Part shown: positions 61,825 through 64,000 of the stretch, piece after piece | How positions within the stretch are numbered: position 1 is the stretch's first letter | Layout: every line of letters starts with the position of its first letter | Assembly (NCBI RefSeq): GCF_964188315.1 | Contig: NC_135659.1 | Coordinates: forward strand, 50,220,001 to 50,284,000 | DNA length: 64,000 nt | DNA from: Podarcis muralis | Lineage: Eukaryota | Reading direction: 5' to 3' | Made by a program: the position numbers and the translations under genes | Notes under the pieces: generated by a model | What the model saw: only the letters and a program-made list of their open reading frames with translations | What the model was told of the DNA's origin: nothing | The model's database searches: none

Positions 61825-63239
61825 TATATACACAGCTAGCATAGGAGACTGTATCCTCTGCTCACCAATATGCAGAAATCATCTGCTGCAGGTACTCTCA
61901 ATCACATGTTCAGGTAACAGCAGAGGAATGCTGACTCACCAAAGGATAACATTTATTGTGACTCTGGACTACTGTAATAAAAAATAAACTTAGCTGAACT
62001 TGTAGGATGGCTATATAGGTTCACATGTACTTAAACATTTATCAACTCCTTTCAAATTAATTTCAACTAGGTTGCAAGCATTGCATAGTAAAATCTGGAA
62101 CCTTCCTAGAGCTGTATTGATATGACATGACTAGACTCTCAGCTGGGGATATGACTATGCTTGGTAAGACAGGTGATATCTGTGAAGAATCTGGCTCATG
62201 TCAGTTTTGATGCACAGTGGAGGATTATAATGGGGTATCGGGTTTTTTCCTAACCAAATCCTGGTCTCCTATTTGGGATTTTGTAGATTTTCTGCATCAG
62301 CAAAGAGTTGAACTTCAAGGTCCGATCCAACTCTGATTCTATGCTGAAATACTGGCTTTCCTGCATTGACACCTTAAAGTCTAAAGCAGATTTATTGTGG
62401 TACATGCTTTCATAAACTAGAGCCCATTTGTTAGATGTATAAAGCATTGTCTTCAATGTGTGTGTGAATGTATATATGGAGTGCAGTGGGTTTTTGACAT
62501 ACCTATGCAAAGCCCAAATTTATAGAAGATACCCTTATCATAAGAGTTGTAACTGATGTTTCCTTCGTATCTAATTTAGCACCTGTCGTGGGGGATAATG
62601 TGACTGGAGTAAGATTTGTTAAGAAATCCTAGTTTTTAATTCAAGTATTATTCTTTTTGAGAACAGCACTAGCCTATTCCAAATGTTCTGGTTTCCATCT
62701 TTCTCAGACAGTTACAACCCTTCACTGTATGCCATTGTCGCCAATGTCATATGTGAAGGACAGGCGTAGTTGGTACCACCTAAATTTTGTGTTAATCTGC
62801 CTTTCCGTTTCGTTGCGTGCGTATTTTTTAAAACTACCGGATACAATTATTTTACAAGAGCTGTGTACCTTTTTAACGGTCATGCAGGAGAGGGAACATT
62901 AGCAGGCTTAGCTTACCTGTCATGGCTGCAGAACTGCGGGAAACGTGCGAGAAGCTCCCTTTTCTACAGCTACTGCAAGTAGAGAAACCTTCCTACGCGA
63001 TTGCATGGGCCGAGTAACAGACCTGCGCAGAGTAGCCAAGCACTGAAGCACTAATGCGGCGTGGAGCGGTCATCCATGGCTGGGTACAAATAGCTCGCTC
63101 CCTTCCGCGCACACCTGCCATCGGACACACTTCTGTTCTTGTCTTTGCCGCGGTCGCATTCCTTCGCCGACCGCGCAGGCGCGTCTCACTTCGATGACGT
63201 TCAGACGCACAGAGGACGCGCTGAGATCACGCAGAAGCC

Positions 63240-63296
63240 ATCGCGAGATTTGACGGGCAACAAACCGCCCCGTGGTGCTTTGCGGCCTTCTCTTTG
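63240..63296 (+). promoter_or_regulatory. RPS8: RPS8 core promoter: TCT initiator / 5'TOP and TCGCGAGA motif
   Basis: TCTCTTT at 63289-63295 fits the TCT motif (YC+1TYTYY) of ribosomal protein genes; TCGCGAGA at 63241-63248; inside a CpG island (about 62990-63900). Confidence 0.75.
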
Positions 63297-63318
63297 CAGT
63301 CGGCGCCTCCGGAGAAGG

Positions 63319-63322
63319 ATGG
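63319..63322 (+). CDS. RPS8: RPS8 coding exon 1 (ATGG)
   Basis: ATGG|GTGAGT after the TOP leader, as remembered for vertebrate RPS8; phase 1 joins exon 2. Confidence 0.9.
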
Positions 63323-63637
63323 GTGAGTAGCTTGGGAAGCTGGAGGGTGAGGTCCTTCCATCCGTTCCCATCCGGCCAGGTGGTCGATCCAGCGGGGATG
63401 CAGCTCAAGTAATGGGGGACGGGGGCGTTTGCACGATTCAATGCAGGGTCTATTTGAGCCGGTGGCTCCTTTTTGCCGCTTTCATGGTTGGGCCCCGCCT
63501 CGGCCGCAGGTTGTGCCTGGGCCTGCGTGCCTTTGCCATTTTGACGCGTTGGCTGCCTACCCGGGAGGAAGGGTCTGCGGGAAGCGGCCTCCCACTGGCG
63601 TTGAGCCAAGGGCCCCCTTCGCGTTCCTTTGCCCCGT

Positions 63638-63710
63638 GTTGCTGTGATGAAGCATCTTCCACCGAGAATGCCGTGCGGAGACATTTTTTACCTTGGAGAG
63701 CTGAGTAACT
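63638..63710 (+). ncRNA. SNORD55: Box C/D snoRNA SNORD55 (U55/U39) in RPS8 intron 1
   Basis: C box GTGATGA at 63644-63650; D box CTGA at 63701-63704; guide ACCTTGGAGAG directly 5' of the D box, complementary to 28S rRNA UCUCCAAGGU; short terminal stem gttgc/gtaac; SNORD55 is known to be hosted by RPS8. Confidence 0.88.
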
Positions 63711-63741
63711 CTGGGCATAAGGAACTCTTGCAGTCGGCTGA

Positions 63742-63957
<216 letters not shown>

Positions 63958-64000
63958 TAGCTGTCTCTTTGTCTTTTTGATGCTCAGCTTATGACTGCAA

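Overview
Vertebrate genomic DNA, most likely from a squamate. The many Sauria SINEs suggest a lacertid lizard, but that is inference. Gene order: 3' end of riboflavin-binding protein (+, last two exons, 153-1805); complete IPP/KLHL27 (+, 8 coding exons, 9121-19161, 584 aa, one GC-AG intron); complete TMEM69 (-, 2 coding exons, 29408-28025, 251 aa); complete GPBP1L1 (+, 10 coding exons, 50775-59601, 470 aa); start of RPS8 (+, exons 1-2) with the box C/D snoRNA SNORD55 in intron 1. The outstanding accessory element is a full-length, apparently intact and very young Ty1/Copia LTR retrotransposon (21520-26476, - strand). It has one 1354-aa gag-pol ORF, LTRs that I read as identical except for a 12-bp duplication, a half-tRNA-iMet-type PBS, a PPT and an AATAT TSD. 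It is nested in a hAT MITE whose uninterrupted paralogue at 42680-43013 supplies the empty site. The rest is SINEs, CR1/L2 fragments and hAT and Tc1/mariner MITEs. I found no evidence for a wholly new multi-gene system. Exon boundaries were read by eye from splice signals and remembered orthologue sequences; no database search was run.
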